A stretch of DNA of 44,082 bases from a virus. Taxonomy: Duplodnaviria; Caudoviricetes. Position 1 is the stretch's first letter; each line of letters begins with the position of its first letter. The notes beneath the pieces were generated by a model. The model was given only the letters and a program-made list of their open reading frames with translations. It was not told the DNA's origin and did not search any database. The stretch covers positions 1-44,082 of the IMG/VR virus record IMGVR_UViG_3300002098_000009. One strand, given 5' to 3'. The translations under genes and the position numbers were made by a program. Shown in pieces: positions 17,972-28,002 of this stretch.

Positions 17972-20784
17972 CTGTCATCCCCGATTGTATAGGACGGGAA
18001 TACGCCAAGAATTGTCGAAGGATAAGGATTTGATTGCTCGATACAATACTGACCCGGAACTGTGTAAGTCGGCGACAAGAATGTTCTAGCGTCACCTGTG
18101 ACAAGATCAGTCACAATTTGAGATTGCTGCCCGGTCAGCATTGACGAAACATTTCCGCGAACAAGGTCTTTCATTGGGGTCAGATGATTAAAATCTGGAC
18201 CAATAGACAAACCTAAAGTCTGTGACACTCTGACGTCAACATAATTAATTTTCTTAACCTTACCCTGCACCGAGGGCTCGCCGACCTCAAGTGCCAAAGT
18301 CTGAAGCTTGCAGGTATAAGGCAAACCTACAGTGACTTTTGAGGCCGGAGTTGCAAGAGTGAATTGGCCAGACGCAGGCATAGTAAACGGCGGGATAATT
18401 ACTCCATCCGCAAGACCAGTAACAACCTGTCCTGCAAGGTGAGTGAAACCTTTAAAAGTGCTGACTGGAAGACCGGAATACTGTAGCGCTGAGTCCACAC
18501 ACCAAGCGTCTTTAACGCCGTTTGGAAATATACGTTCAGCAATGCGTTCAATGTATTGGACTGAAACGCCGTTAATGTTACGTTGAACTACAGTATAAAC
18601 TGCGTCAACATTACCAGCTGTCGCAGTTGATTCGGTTACAGTCGTAACGGATTTAAACAACCCATTGGTTGTCAAATGATGTGCCCAGCCAATAAAATCT
18701 TGTTCCTTCAAAAAAGTCAGTGACAATAGCTGCCCATCATCACGAACAGCCCAAACATCATAAAAAGGCTGTTCAGCCCAAGCCCATTCAAGAATGTTAT
18801 ATCCATAGAATAAGTGTGAGGACAGAACTGAAATATCTGTGCCGGTAAATACGTTGAAATAAATATTAAACGCAAGATCACGAACACCAGAACCTTTTGA
18901 CTGGACATACAATACGTCATAATTAGCCACAATGGGTGGGACGTCATTTGCACCAACAAAGCTTTGGGCATTGGCTACGATGGCACTTGGGGTAATTGCA
19001 GACCCGCTTGATCCACCATTAACCAACCAAGAAGCTTTATCGGTTAGGATTAACATGCCGGAAGTCGAAGATACAATCGCTTTGATTGTATTAAGTGTCC
19101 CTGATACCAATGTTCCCGTGATAGCATCATCAGCACGGCTTGGGTCGGAAATATCAAAATTATAATAGCTGCCGGGTTTAGACATATAAAAAGTCTGAGG
19201 CGAACCCGGAGGCGCAGCAAGAACCAATCGTTGCTGAGAAAAGCTTGGAACAGTCGGATTGCCGTTGGAAGTCGCGGATAGAGTTGTAGTCGCAGTTGCT
19301 GCACCAGCACTGAAATTAACGCTCGGCGGGGAAAGATAACCAGCGCCTGAGGTCAACGGAATGACTTCGCCAACGCCCCAAGTTGCAGTCAAAGTAGCGC
19401 CTGTGCCCGACCCGGTTGTATTAGTCTGGGCGCTAGGACTGGATGGAACAGAACCTGAGGCAACGTAACCGGGGTTAACTACAGCCCAAGAAGTAATGGC
19501 ACCGGCTGTGACACCGAGAACTTGCATTACGATGCCACCGGGAAATTGAATGGTGTCATTAACAACAAATCCAGTACCGCCGGAAGTAATTGTTGGAGTT
19601 CCCTGAACTTGAAGTACAGCAATACCAGTCGCCGGGATGGTGCAGGTACCGACGAATGTTATAGTTGGAACCGCAGTATAACTGCCATGAGCAGTAACGG
19701 TGACCGTGCTAACACCAGAGCCTGTGAAAGGATTTTGCGAAATCGGCGGAGTTTGAGAATAATCCGCTGAGATATTTGAATCGATAAAATTGGTGCCTTT
19801 GCAAGTGCCGATGAAACCGTATTGGACACCATATGGAATAACGCCGAAATATGAAACATTAGATTCATAGACGTTGTAACCAACTGCACCTTGTGCAGCA
19901 GTCCAAGAAATTTGGTTTGTCCCGGCAGTCGTACGAATATCTTGTTTACCACCAAGAGCAGCGACAACTGATAACGAAGATTCTTGGCCATTCACATCAA
20001 TAGATGTAACTCCATAGCTGTAATAAACTGAACCAAAACCTAAAGTTGTTGTGGCTATAACATTAGTAGGTGCAACCGAAGTTGAACCAATAACAATCGG
20101 AAGCAGCGTCCAATCTGTTGCGGTGACTAGAGTTAACACATATGGCGGATGATTCGGATGGCAGAGTATCATTTGATTGATACTCTGCGCAAATTTAATA
20201 AGCCGTAAATCATCAGCCGAAGTATATGGACTGGCAATAGTATAAACCCGCGCAGCATTGCCGCCTGTGGTATAAGCAGGGAATCCGGTTGAGTCTAAAT
20301 TATTACCGTTAAGATCGCCGAGAGTTACATTTGACCCTGAAACATTCAATACAGAGAAAAACCGATTATCTAACGGAATCATACCCCCGACAGAATTAAT
20401 GTAAATCCAATCACCCGTTGCAAAATTATTTCCGGGGACAGATATAACACACGGATTGGCTTGGGTCGCAGCTGTAATGCTAAATGCATTTTCAAGGATC
20501 ATACCGCCATTATAAATAAATCGCATGTATCCATTGCCAATTTCAATGACGTAACCCACATTGAAACTGGCCTGAAAATTGATAATCCTGACTTGCGTGG
20601 CAGATTTATAGGCTTGGATTATATACTGAGTTCCGGCTCGCGTTGAAGCACCGCCCCGGTAATCAACAAAGAAATTCTCAAGCAGCGCCGCGCCTGATCG
20701 ATACTTTTGAAGATCAACTCGGGCGTTTAGATTCGGAGCCCACTCGCCAGCATTAAAGCTAGCTTGATTAGCAATATCAGCCAT
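17968..20784 (-). CDS. tail tubular protein B / nozzle (gp12-like) with beta-rich insertions
   Basis: QASFNAGEWAP...RVDLQKY N-terminus, FSQQRLVLA, SKPGSYYNF, GWAHHLT, VDSAL. Confidence 0.88.
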   Translation of the reverse strand: MADIANQASFNAGEWAPNLNARVDLQKYRSGAALLENFFVDYRGGASTRAGTQYIIQAYKSATQVRIINFQASFNVGYVIEIGNGYMRFIYNGGMILENAFSITAATQANPCVISVPGNNFATGDWIYINSVGGMIPLDNRFFSVLNVSGSNVTLGDLNGNNLDSTGFPAYTTGGNAARVYTIASPYTSADDLRLIKFAQSINQMILCHPNHPPYVLTLVTATDWTLLPIVIGSTSVAPTNVIATTTLGFGSVYYSYGVTSIDVNGQESSLSVVAALGGKQDIRTTAGTNQISWTAAQGAVGYNVYESNVSYFGVIPYGVQYGFIGTCKGTNFIDSNISADYSQTPPISQNPFTGSGVSTVTVTAHGSYTAVPTITFVGTCTIPATGIAVLQVQGTPTITSGGTGFVVNDTIQFPGGIVMQVLGVTAGAITSWAVVNPGYVASGSVPSSPSAQTNTTGSGTGATLTATWGVGEVIPLTSGAGYLSPPSVNFSAGAATATTTLSATSNGNPTVPSFSQQRLVLAAPPGSPQTFYMSKPGSYYNFDISDPSRADDAITGTLVSGTLNTIKAIVSSTSGMLILTDKASWLVNGGSSGSAITPSAIVANAQSFVGANDVPPIVANYDVLYVQSKGSGVRDLAFNIYFNVFTGTDISVLSSHLFYGYNILEWAWAEQPFYDVWAVRDDGQLLSLTFLKEQDFIGWAHHLTTNGLFKSVTTVTESTATAGNVDAVYTVVQRNINGVSVQYIERIAERIFPNGVKDAWCVDSALQYSGLPVSTFKGFTHLAGQVVTGLADGVIIPPFTMPASGQFTLATPASKVTVGLPYTCKLQTLALEVGEPSVQGKVKKINYVDVRVSQTLGLSIGPDFNHLTPMKDLVRGNVSSMLTGQQSQIVTDLVTGDARTFLSPTYTVPGQYCIEQSNPYPSTILGVFPSYTIGDDR

Positions 20785-20787
20785 GCA

Positions 20788-21876
20788 TCACCCAAAGATC
20801 GGATAAAGACCACCCCAATCATAGCCGGTATATGGGCCAGAGTATGGGGTTGCAATGTCAATGCCGCGAATCCGAAGCCAGTCGGGGGTTACGTCATTGA
20901 TAGTAAAACCATCATTAGCATCGCCTGTGCGTGCATATTGAATCGAAGCGTTGGCTTCTTGTATGGCCATGTTGGCGAGTTTTTTATCGCCAGTCAATGG
21001 AATTGTTATTGTTGCGCCGAGAACTTTGGCCCAAGCGTCTTGGAACATGTCATCCATGACATTTGGATCGGTGACGTCTCGACAGTAAACTGCGGTTGCA
21101 AATTCTTGATTGGTAAGGATCACCCGCTGCGGTGCCGCGGAACCTTGAGTAAGATTAAACGTAGCACCAGTACCATTACCCGATGAAGTTGCCTGTGCTA
21201 CAGGATTAGATTGGATACTGAAATAGCTACCACCTAGAGGGGGATTTGAATCTGGCAATTGTGCAACAACCGCGGCAGTTAGAATTGAACCCGAACCATT
21301 CACGGTTAAAACAACTATTTGGGCCGGTGCACCAATTGGGGCGTTGGTATTAGGACCTGTCGGAAGGGTGATAATTTCACCGGCAACATAACCTGATCCA
21401 CCAACGGCAATGGCAACAGCATTAACCGGCAGAAATGTATCGGTTTGAATTTGAAACTTAACTGGCGGACCTTGCCAGAAGCTGGCTGCACCGCCTGTAA
21501 CCGCGGTTGTGATTGGGATGCCACCAGCGAATCCTGTTTGAGTCGCTGGGATTAACCAACAAATTCGCAAAGCATCTACAGGGTATTGATATTCATATGC
21601 CCAAGGTGGTGCAGGCTGACCCGGCTGCCAAAGAGTCGTTGCGGCAGAAGTATTTTCAGGCGTTCCCGGCGCAGAAGTTATATAAACAAGATTAGCTGTT
21701 CGCATCGCACAACCCCACGGAGCCATGCGAAGAAGGCGTTTACGGATATTGTTAGCGACCAAATTGATCTGAATCGCTTCGTTGGTAGAATTTGCCGCGA
21801 GTTCAGCATCGGTCACCGTTGTGCGGGTACCGGGAACTTGCAACGCACGATTTGCAATATCCGTAAACGTAGTCAT
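20788..21876 (-). CDS. tail tubular protein A / adaptor (gp11-like) with insertion
   Basis: DIANRAL...LLRMAPWGCA...WAYEYQYPVDALRI...MDDMFQDA. Confidence 0.85.
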   Translation of the reverse strand: MTTFTDIANRALQVPGTRTTVTDAELAANSTNEAIQINLVANNIRKRLLRMAPWGCAMRTANLVYITSAPGTPENTSAATTLWQPGQPAPPWAYEYQYPVDALRICWLIPATQTGFAGGIPITTAVTGGAASFWQGPPVKFQIQTDTFLPVNAVAIAVGGSGYVAGEIITLPTGPNTNAPIGAPAQIVVLTVNGSGSILTAAVVAQLPDSNPPLGGSYFSIQSNPVAQATSSGNGTGATFNLTQGSAAPQRVILTNQEFATAVYCRDVTDPNVMDDMFQDAWAKVLGATITIPLTGDKKLANMAIQEANASIQYARTGDANDGFTINDVTPDWLRIRGIDIATPYSGPYTGYDWGGLYPIFG

Positions 21877-21879
21877 TGG

Positions 21880-22068
21880 TTATCGCTTTCCTTGGGTACC
21901 GGCGTTGCCATGATTGGTACCACCACCAAGACCGGGACGTTCATGCATGTGATTCTTCGGCCCGAGTGGCGGTAAATAAGGAAGTTCTTTCTTTTCTACC
22001 TTACCGCCGTTCGCAGCGCGGGAACCAGAAGTTCGTTCAGGTCCAAAATGAGAATGAAAATCTTTCAT
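21880..22068 (-). CDS. small basic Gly-rich protein ending GTQGKR
   Basis: GGAGG RBS; ATGA coupling. Confidence 0.7.
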   Translation of the reverse strand: MKDFHSHFGPERTSGSRAANGGKVEKKELPYLPPLGPKNHMHERPGLGGGTNHGNAGTQGKR

Positions 22069-22247
22069 TTCGAATCCTCCACGGGTTTGCCTGACAAGTC
22101 AAATTCTGCCTGATCTGAATTAACAGGCTCAGCCAGATGAAGCTTCGCTAGTTCAATGGCAGCCGCTTTGGCAAGCTGAGCTGCCTCGGGAACACCAACC
22201 GACATGTGGATGATATTAAGCAGCAGCGACGCGCGTTCAAAATCCAT
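22065..22247 (-). CDS. hypothetical protein (60 aa)
   Basis: AGGAG RBS; operon context. Confidence 0.7.
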   Translation of the reverse strand: MDFERASLLLNIIHMSVGVPEAAQLAKAAAIELAKLHLAEPVNSDQAEFDLSGKPVEDSK

Positions 22248-22256
22248 GATTATCTC

Positions 22257-22457
22257 CTAATGTTTACCCTGAGAACCTTTTGTATGCGTGGTACAACCTT
22301 TCATCGGAGCTTCGAGGCCGCGACCTTCATAAACCTGAACCGACCGAGTCCGTACCTGATGGATGCCGATTTCAGAAACTGCGGCAGGGTTTATACCTCG
22401 GGACTTGGGTTCGATCTTGGTGCCAGCAACCACAGTATTTGCTCTGCCCTGTTTCAT
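22257..22457 (-). CDS. small basic protein ending GSQGKH
   Basis: GGAG RBS; ATGA coupling. Confidence 0.7.
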   Translation of the reverse strand: MKQGRANTVVAGTKIEPKSRGINPAAVSEIGIHQVRTRSVQVYEGRGLEAPMKGCTTHTKGSQGKH

Positions 22458-22822
22458 TTGTCATCTCCGGGTTTAGCCAGCTGGCGAGTATGATCCCAAC
22501 GGTTCATTGGGTCTTTACCCATTTCACGGCGAACCTTTTCAAAAGTGCCGCCATCAGAATGAGCTTCTTCGAGCAACTGACGATAACGATCATCGCATCG
22601 TTCAGCTTCACGAAGAATATAATGCGGAATTACATGGCCACGCTCGGTATACATGTTCATAACATCATGAACATCGTGCATGTACATGATAAATCGCCGC
22701 ATTTTCTCAGGCACTTCGGATTCAGCCTCGACCATAGAATTAACAACTTTCGCCAACATGCCTTTGATGATGGCGATATTCTGATCGATGGATTTGAGAT
22801 AGGCTTCGATTGCATCTGACAT
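22454..22822 (-). CDS. hypothetical protein (122 aa)
   Basis: AAGG RBS; tightly packed in the late operon. Confidence 0.7.
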   Translation of the reverse strand: MSDAIEAYLKSIDQNIAIIKGMLAKVVNSMVEAESEVPEKMRRFIMYMHDVHDVMNMYTERGHVIPHYILREAERCDDRYRQLLEEAHSDGGTFEKVRREMGKDPMNRWDHTRQLAKPGDDK

Positions 22823-22836
22823 TGGTTGCGCCTTGG

Positions 22837-24699
22837 TTATTGTGTTGGAATTACGCCGGAGATATTAAGTGTTGCACCTGACGCTGCCGGAGTTAGGTTG
22901 CTGTATGTGAAACAACTTAAATTGTTCGAGGCGGCTTGGGTTTCGCAGACTAGGCTGTTTCCGCCAACGCCATCGCTACGGCCAAGAATTGGAACTGAAG
23001 AAACTGTTGAGTACCAAGGTGTGGTGAAGCTAACAGCGCCAGTACAGGTGCCGGCATTTGTGATCGGGATTGTAACATAAATCCAAGCAGATTTGCCATC
23101 AAGGTTATCGTAAATGCCTTTGACTGTGCCAAGAGTTGTGATGCTTCCACTGCCGCAGGTGATGGTTGGTGTCCAAGAATCATACCCAAGAGGATTGGCA
23201 CCGATGTTGATTCGGTTGGAACCAATGTCAGAATAACCATGAGGCATGTTGATTTGAGAAGCAAGCATACCAGCAGGAATATTAAGGTCTGCGATTCGAA
23301 CGCCACCCACTGCGCCTTTGGTTATATTGTATGTTCCGATGGAAAGATAAGATGCATTGTTGCCAATCGCTATAGGCGGGAGTGTATTGCCAATGGAACA
23401 ATTAGTTACATTCAGGTTTGAAATCTGAACGTGCGCCGGTGTGGTTGGACCGATGCTAATACAGTTTGTATTATACGAACCATCGATGTTTAGATTGCTA
23501 TATTGAGACAGCGGCGCATCGATTAGTAGAGCTTGAATTGGATTGGTTCCATATCCCTGACCTGCGGTATAGAGAGTATTGACAGTAAAGTTTTTTGCGT
23601 TAGATGTTGCGTAGACACCGTAAGCAGGTGCATTAACACCATTCGGAGAATCTGACCAGAAACTATCCAATAAAATATTCGCCCCATCGGCGAGGAAATT
23701 AATCGTATGGCCGTAAGACAAGCTCATACCGTCAATGGTTGCTCCGTCTTGAAGCCCGGTGAATGAGAAACCATAACTACTGCGGGGAAGGCCGGAAAGT
23801 GCGGTGACGGTGCCGTTATTGACTTGAGCAACAGTAGCCCAAGGCCAGACATGAACAGAAGTATAAAGTGACGTATCGTCGTTTGGCCCAGAAATCAAAC
23901 CGGCGTTGCAATCAAGATTCACGTTACGAAAATGGCCGCGGCTCAGGGTTGTACCTACGCTGGTGAAGCAAGTATCGAAACCCATGATAAGAACATTTTC
24001 GAGCGTAAAGTCATTGAAATGAGACGTAGATGATGGTAGATCAACTGCTGTGCCAACCCAAGCCGAAGAATTATTCTGCGGAAAAGACATACCATAAGGT
24101 GTGATTAAGCAACCGCGAATGGCCGTGGAATTATTGCCGTGAATTTTCGCCGATGTTGCGAGACGAATTTGACTCATGGTGTTGTAAATTGTGCCTTGAG
24201 TGTTATCAGATGCCCAACCAGTATTGAATGATTGACATTCAAGCGATGAACCAGCGGGTAGAGTAATGCTAGATGCAAGATAAATCTGGCCCGAAGATTC
24301 AATCATGCAACGTCCGCCGGTGCCAGAGTTGGCAGCAGCGGAAAGACAATTATTGATCGCGGTGGTCGAATCAGCTACACCAGTCAAATCAGCGCCATAT
24401 TCGGCACCGGCCCAATAGGTAACAAGCTTAGATGAAACCGCGGAGGTTGATGAACCAAAGAGCGAGCCAAGCGGCGCCGAGAATAACTGAGCTGCGCCTG
24501 TAACGCCAGTACCGCCGTAGATTTGATTGGCCGCAATCGATGGTAGCGTGACCGATGGGCCAAGTGAATTATGCACAAACGCAGTTGAGGCGCAGGCATT
24601 GGAATTATCACCAGTTGGTCGCGTGGCGCAGGTTGTGTTCTGGGCCAACACCGGGCTAGCCCAAAACAAAAATCCCAAGAGTAGAAAAAGTTTTTTCAT
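22837..24699 (-). CDS. tailspike/depolymerase-like beta-helix protein with N-terminal Sec signal peptide (620 aa; start ATG 24699)
   Basis: ATGA coupling at 24696-24699; MKKLFLLLGFLFWASPVLA|Q; GDNSNACASTAFV fibre motif; YGADLTGVADSTTAIN pectate-lyase-like start; WTPTIT C-terminal fibre domain. Confidence 0.8.
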   Translation of the reverse strand: MKKLFLLLGFLFWASPVLAQNTTCATRPTGDNSNACASTAFVHNSLGPSVTLPSIAANQIYGGTGVTGAAQLFSAPLGSLFGSSTSAVSSKLVTYWAGAEYGADLTGVADSTTAINNCLSAAANSGTGGRCMIESSGQIYLASSITLPAGSSLECQSFNTGWASDNTQGTIYNTMSQIRLATSAKIHGNNSTAIRGCLITPYGMSFPQNNSSAWVGTAVDLPSSTSHFNDFTLENVLIMGFDTCFTSVGTTLSRGHFRNVNLDCNAGLISGPNDDTSLYTSVHVWPWATVAQVNNGTVTALSGLPRSSYGFSFTGLQDGATIDGMSLSYGHTINFLADGANILLDSFWSDSPNGVNAPAYGVYATSNAKNFTVNTLYTAGQGYGTNPIQALLIDAPLSQYSNLNIDGSYNTNCISIGPTTPAHVQISNLNVTNCSIGNTLPPIAIGNNASYLSIGTYNITKGAVGGVRIADLNIPAGMLASQINMPHGYSDIGSNRINIGANPLGYDSWTPTITCGSGSITTLGTVKGIYDNLDGKSAWIYVTIPITNAGTCTGAVSFTTPWYSTVSSVPILGRSDGVGGNSLVCETQAASNNLSCFTYSNLTPAASGATLNISGVIPTQ

Positions 24700-25085
24700 G
24701 TGTTTGAATCCATGACAGTCAGGGGATTGGTTGTACCGGCACCTGTGACTGCCAATGCCTGCCACGCGCCTTGGCATTCGCCCGATATATCTAAAGTACC
24801 GCCATTACCAAATACTCGACGCATACCGCCAAGGGCTGCATTGGTTGGAGTCAAAGCAACATTTGATGGAGTAGTTGGAGCAGTTCCTAAAACATTTTGA
24901 ATATAACTTGGGCCAATAAAAATATCATTTGGCCCCGGATTATGGAACGTGATGCGTTGCCGCGACGGATTGGCCTGAGCTACTACCGTCGCGGTTGTTT
25001 CATTGATGTTATTGTAGCCGTAGACTTTACCGCCGGAGGCAGATGAAAAAGTCTGCGGACCACCAACGCCTCCGACGATTGACAT
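24696..25085 (-). CDS. small beta-rich virion protein (129 aa)
   Basis: ANPSRQRITFHNPGPNDIFIG pattern typical of small jelly-roll virion proteins. Confidence 0.65.
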   Translation of the reverse strand: MSIVGGVGGPQTFSSASGGKVYGYNNINETTATVVAQANPSRQRITFHNPGPNDIFIGPSYIQNVLGTAPTTPSNVALTPTNAALGGMRRVFGNGGTLDISGECQGAWQALAVTGAGTTNPLTVMDSNT

Positions 25086-25086
25086 A

Positions 25087-25194
25087 TTACTTCCCCTTCA
25101 TAGGCTTGCCGGGCTTACCAGCAGGCATCTTCTTACCGGGCATTGCCTTACCGGGCATCGCCTTGGGTTCAATTTTCTTCGGCATCTTAGCCAT
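25087..25194 (-). CDS. 35-aa Lys/Pro/Met/Gly-rich basic peptide (absent from the ORF track)
   Basis: MAKMPKKIEPKAMPGKAMPGKKMPAGKPGKPMKGK*; GGAG RBS; TAATG-coupled to the upstream gene and fills the gap exactly. Confidence 0.7.
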   Translation of the reverse strand: MAKMPKKIEPKAMPGKAMPGKKMPAGKPGKPMKGK

Positions 25195-25694
25195 TAGACT
25201 CTCCGGGTGATTGAAGCAAGAATCTCCTGATTCTGCTTTGCCTGAACAGCGAGAATTTCGACGAGGTCTTTAAGTCCCGGGATTTCAACCGGCGCTGAAG
25301 CCTTCTGAGCCATTTCAATTTGAAACTTATCAACCAGCGACTGAGAATAGGTGCCGAGGTCAGTCTCAGGTTTATAGCTCCAAGCATGTTCAAAGCTATC
25401 AGAGATAGCCTTGGCTTCATCGTCGAGTGGAATCATGTCCGGAGTCGGATCACCGATGAATACCTTATCGGTAGATTCACCTTTACCTTCATGGCAGACA
25501 ATGACTTCGCCTTCCATGTTATCTTTAAAACCCCAGCGATTAGTCCAAGAATCCGGGTCTCTGGGGTCAAGGAACGTCGGAACAGGGATTCGCATACGGC
25601 GTTCTTTGCCGGTCGTGCGGTCGTTTTCTTTATATTCCCATTCTTCACCGGGGATATTAAGATAGTGCCCGGCCATAAGTTTCCATCTAGCCAT
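25194..25694 (-). CDS. hypothetical virion-module protein ending SITRRV
   Basis: GGAG RBS; TAATG coupling. Confidence 0.75.
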   Translation of the reverse strand: MARWKLMAGHYLNIPGEEWEYKENDRTTGKERRMRIPVPTFLDPRDPDSWTNRWGFKDNMEGEVIVCHEGKGESTDKVFIGDPTPDMIPLDDEAKAISDSFEHAWSYKPETDLGTYSQSLVDKFQIEMAQKASAPVEIPGLKDLVEILAVQAKQNQEILASITRRV

Positions 25695-26314
25695 TAGTTA
25701 GTCTCCTGCCATTCCATAGAAATCGCCAGAACACCCGAAGAAATAGAAACGCCATTGAGATTCAGGCAAACCTGCTGGGTGGTATTTTTCTGCAAAACCA
25801 AACCATGTTCAAACATGTCAACGGCAGAACCGAAAACAAGTTCAAAAGGCCGACCAACAGTTGTGGTGACACCAAATGATACCGCCGGAGCTTTCATCAA
25901 TGAGGGCGATGAATCTACAACCGTAGGATTAGCAGTGTAAGCTACCAACGTCGCGGTTGAAGCCTGATCGGCTGGAAACAATGGAACAGCCACAGGAGCG
26001 GCAAGAGAAGTCGCTGCCGTGCCACCGGTATCAAGAGAAACACGACGATAGACTAGCACAGGAGTTGTGATTGCCGTACCGGCGGTTCCTGAAAGAATAA
26101 CCCGTCGAATGGTTATATTTCGAGTGGCTCCGGGTGAGATACAAAAGATATCAGTCGCCGACGCTGCGGGAACGAGGCCGACCGAGGAAGCGGTGTAGGT
26201 TGGATTCTTGATGATGCCAGAAATTGTACCAACCTGTGGCACAACATTCACCTGAGCGAATGATGGGGCAATAAGCCCCACCAGCGCCAGAATGAAGAAT
26301 ACAAATTTCTTCAT
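25694..26314 (-). CDS. beta-sandwich decoration-like protein with Sec signal peptide
   Basis: MKKFVFFILALVGLIAPSFA|Q; Thr/Ala/Val-rich; follows the capsid cement gene; GGAG RBS. Confidence 0.75.
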   Translation of the reverse strand: MKKFVFFILALVGLIAPSFAQVNVVPQVGTISGIIKNPTYTASSVGLVPAASATDIFCISPGATRNITIRRVILSGTAGTAITTPVLVYRRVSLDTGGTAATSLAAPVAVPLFPADQASTATLVAYTANPTVVDSSPSLMKAPAVSFGVTTTVGRPFELVFGSAVDMFEHGLVLQKNTTQQVCLNLNGVSISSGVLAISMEWQETN

Positions 26315-26326
26315 CTGAGTTCTCCG

Positions 26327-26881
26327 TTAGTTGGCGACAGTAATACCGGCGGGATAGCCAGAATAAGCACCACCAGTACCAAGGATTTGATCATCACGAT
26401 CAATGACGATCTGCGCTTCAATCGTGCCGGTGGAGTGGGTACCAACAGAAATAAAGCGCATGCGGAGAAATCGCGGAACCGCCTGACCCGGAACCGGACG
26501 GGGCACGTCGATGTTAGCAAGCTGAGCACCAGCAACAAGCTGAGCCTCAGCAATCGCCTGCGACTGCCACATGACGGTGTAAGAACCCGGGGCACCAGAG
26601 CCGTTGTCAGGGGCACCATCGAGTTCAAGCTGAAGGCTGGTACCGCCAGTGAACGCAACCGGACAAATAGCCGAGAGCTTGAGCGCCGGATCATCACCGA
26701 CGCCAAGATCACGAGCACCACCGCCGGAGGCCGAATTGGGAAGACCCGAAACACCAAGATCGATGATGTTAGAGGCAATCTGAGTGCCAGCCGTCGGAGA
26801 GTCGGTCTGAGCACCGGCTGTGATGCCACCGGTGGCGCCGTTAGACGTGCCGGTGAAAGTGAGGAGCCCGTCAAGAATCAT
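26327..26881 (-). CDS. capsid cement/decoration protein (BPP-1 Bbp16-like)
   Basis: MILDGLLTF...SNIIDLG...RDLGVG...FTGGTSLQ...RFLRMRF; directly after the MCP. Confidence 0.8.
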   Translation of the reverse strand: MILDGLLTFTGTSNGATGGITAGAQTDSPTAGTQIASNIIDLGVSGLPNSASGGGARDLGVGDDPALKLSAICPVAFTGGTSLQLELDGAPDNGSGAPGSYTVMWQSQAIAEAQLVAGAQLANIDVPRPVPGQAVPRFLRMRFISVGTHSTGTIEAQIVIDRDDQILGTGGAYSGYPAGITVAN

Positions 26882-26883
26882 GA

Positions 26884-27927
26884 TTACACCACCTGAGCTT
26901 CGTTGTTGAGGATTGCGTCGCAGGTCCTGATCGGGATGCCGCGGAACGTGGTAACGACCTTGCCATCGAATTCTTCAAGACGGAGCAGGACGTTAGTCTT
27001 GTTCATCGCCTGAAGATCGAGGTAAGTGCGAACCACGCGGTTACAGTAGATAACCGTGCGGCCCATGTTGGCGCGAACTTCCGGGGTATCAGAGGTCTGA
27101 ATCGCCGAGGCCATCGCAGGGGCGGTGGGCAAGCGATACAGGGCACGAACCAGAAGATTGATGAGGTTGGCCGCAGAGACACCGGTCAGCTGAGTAACGT
27201 CGATGTTAGCGATACGGGCAACATAACGCCAGTCACGCAGAACAAGGCCGATTTCCCACTTGAAATGATCGCGGTACGCCTGATAAGTATTGCCGGAGGA
27301 ATCGGTAACAGGCCACTCGCCCATGTCACGATGCTGCAGGCCGGTGATCTTGCCCTTCGGGAACGTCCCATGGAGCGTGTCGTTGCCCCAAGTCTGAACC
27401 CAGATGGAAGTGTTGGTCGAAGAAGTACCACCGCCATCAAGAACATTGTTCGCCGTCTGAGAGTTGGAAGTATTCTTGGTGGAATACCTTGGAGCCAATC
27501 CGGTGAACCGTTCCGGATTAGTGTGCTGGTTGCCGTAAATCAGCGTCGAAGCAATCTGCTGGGACATGCCTTCAAGAAAGGCCTTGACTTCGGACAGACG
27601 GAACTCGGCGGTGTTGCCGTTAAGGTCGGCGATATCCTTATCGATAACGGCGTAGGTCTCGAGGTTACCGCAGGTATCAACAATCTGCGCCGTAGTCGAC
27701 TTGGCGTTCGGGACACCGGTGTTGAGCAAGCGCCAAGTGGCCTGAGGCAAACCGGTACGGACAGTGGTTTTATGTCCGGTCGGGAGATTGCCTTCCATGA
27801 CGAGCATGTCATCAAGGATTTCATTCGTCTGAGACAGCAATTCGATGATAGACGCGATGCGATATCCATCATCCATGCGCTTAGCCCAATCCGCGTAGGT
27901 TAGGGCTGTGCTACCAATAGTCGCCAT
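26884..27927 (-). CDS. major capsid protein (BPP-1 Bbp17-like, HK97 fold)
   Basis: LTYADWAKR...IELLSQTNEILDD...RTGLPQATWR...PERFTGLAPRY...FRGIPIRTCDAILNNE; strongly biased codon usage. Confidence 0.92.
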   Translation of the reverse strand: MATIGSTALTYADWAKRMDDGYRIASIIELLSQTNEILDDMLVMEGNLPTGHKTTVRTGLPQATWRLLNTGVPNAKSTTAQIVDTCGNLETYAVIDKDIADLNGNTAEFRLSEVKAFLEGMSQQIASTLIYGNQHTNPERFTGLAPRYSTKNTSNSQTANNVLDGGGTSSTNTSIWVQTWGNDTLHGTFPKGKITGLQHRDMGEWPVTDSSGNTYQAYRDHFKWEIGLVLRDWRYVARIANIDVTQLTGVSAANLINLLVRALYRLPTAPAMASAIQTSDTPEVRANMGRTVIYCNRVVRTYLDLQAMNKTNVLLRLEEFDGKVVTTFRGIPIRTCDAILNNEAQVV

Positions 27928-28002
27928 TGTTAAATTCCTGAGTTAGAGTTTGGTTACACAGTTCTGATCTGGGCTAAGCCGTTCGACCTTATTAAGGCTC
28001 AG

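Noticed and set aside
24700-24777. 26-aa N-terminal extension of the tailspike in the ORF track
   Set aside because: It overlaps the upstream gene; ATGA coupling at 24696-24699 marks the real start and exposes the signal peptide
26311-27903. Alternative-frame and antisense ORFs over the capsid and cement genes
   Set aside because: Codon-bias shadows with Arg/Ser/Leu-rich implausible products; no slippery site seen at the capsid gene end
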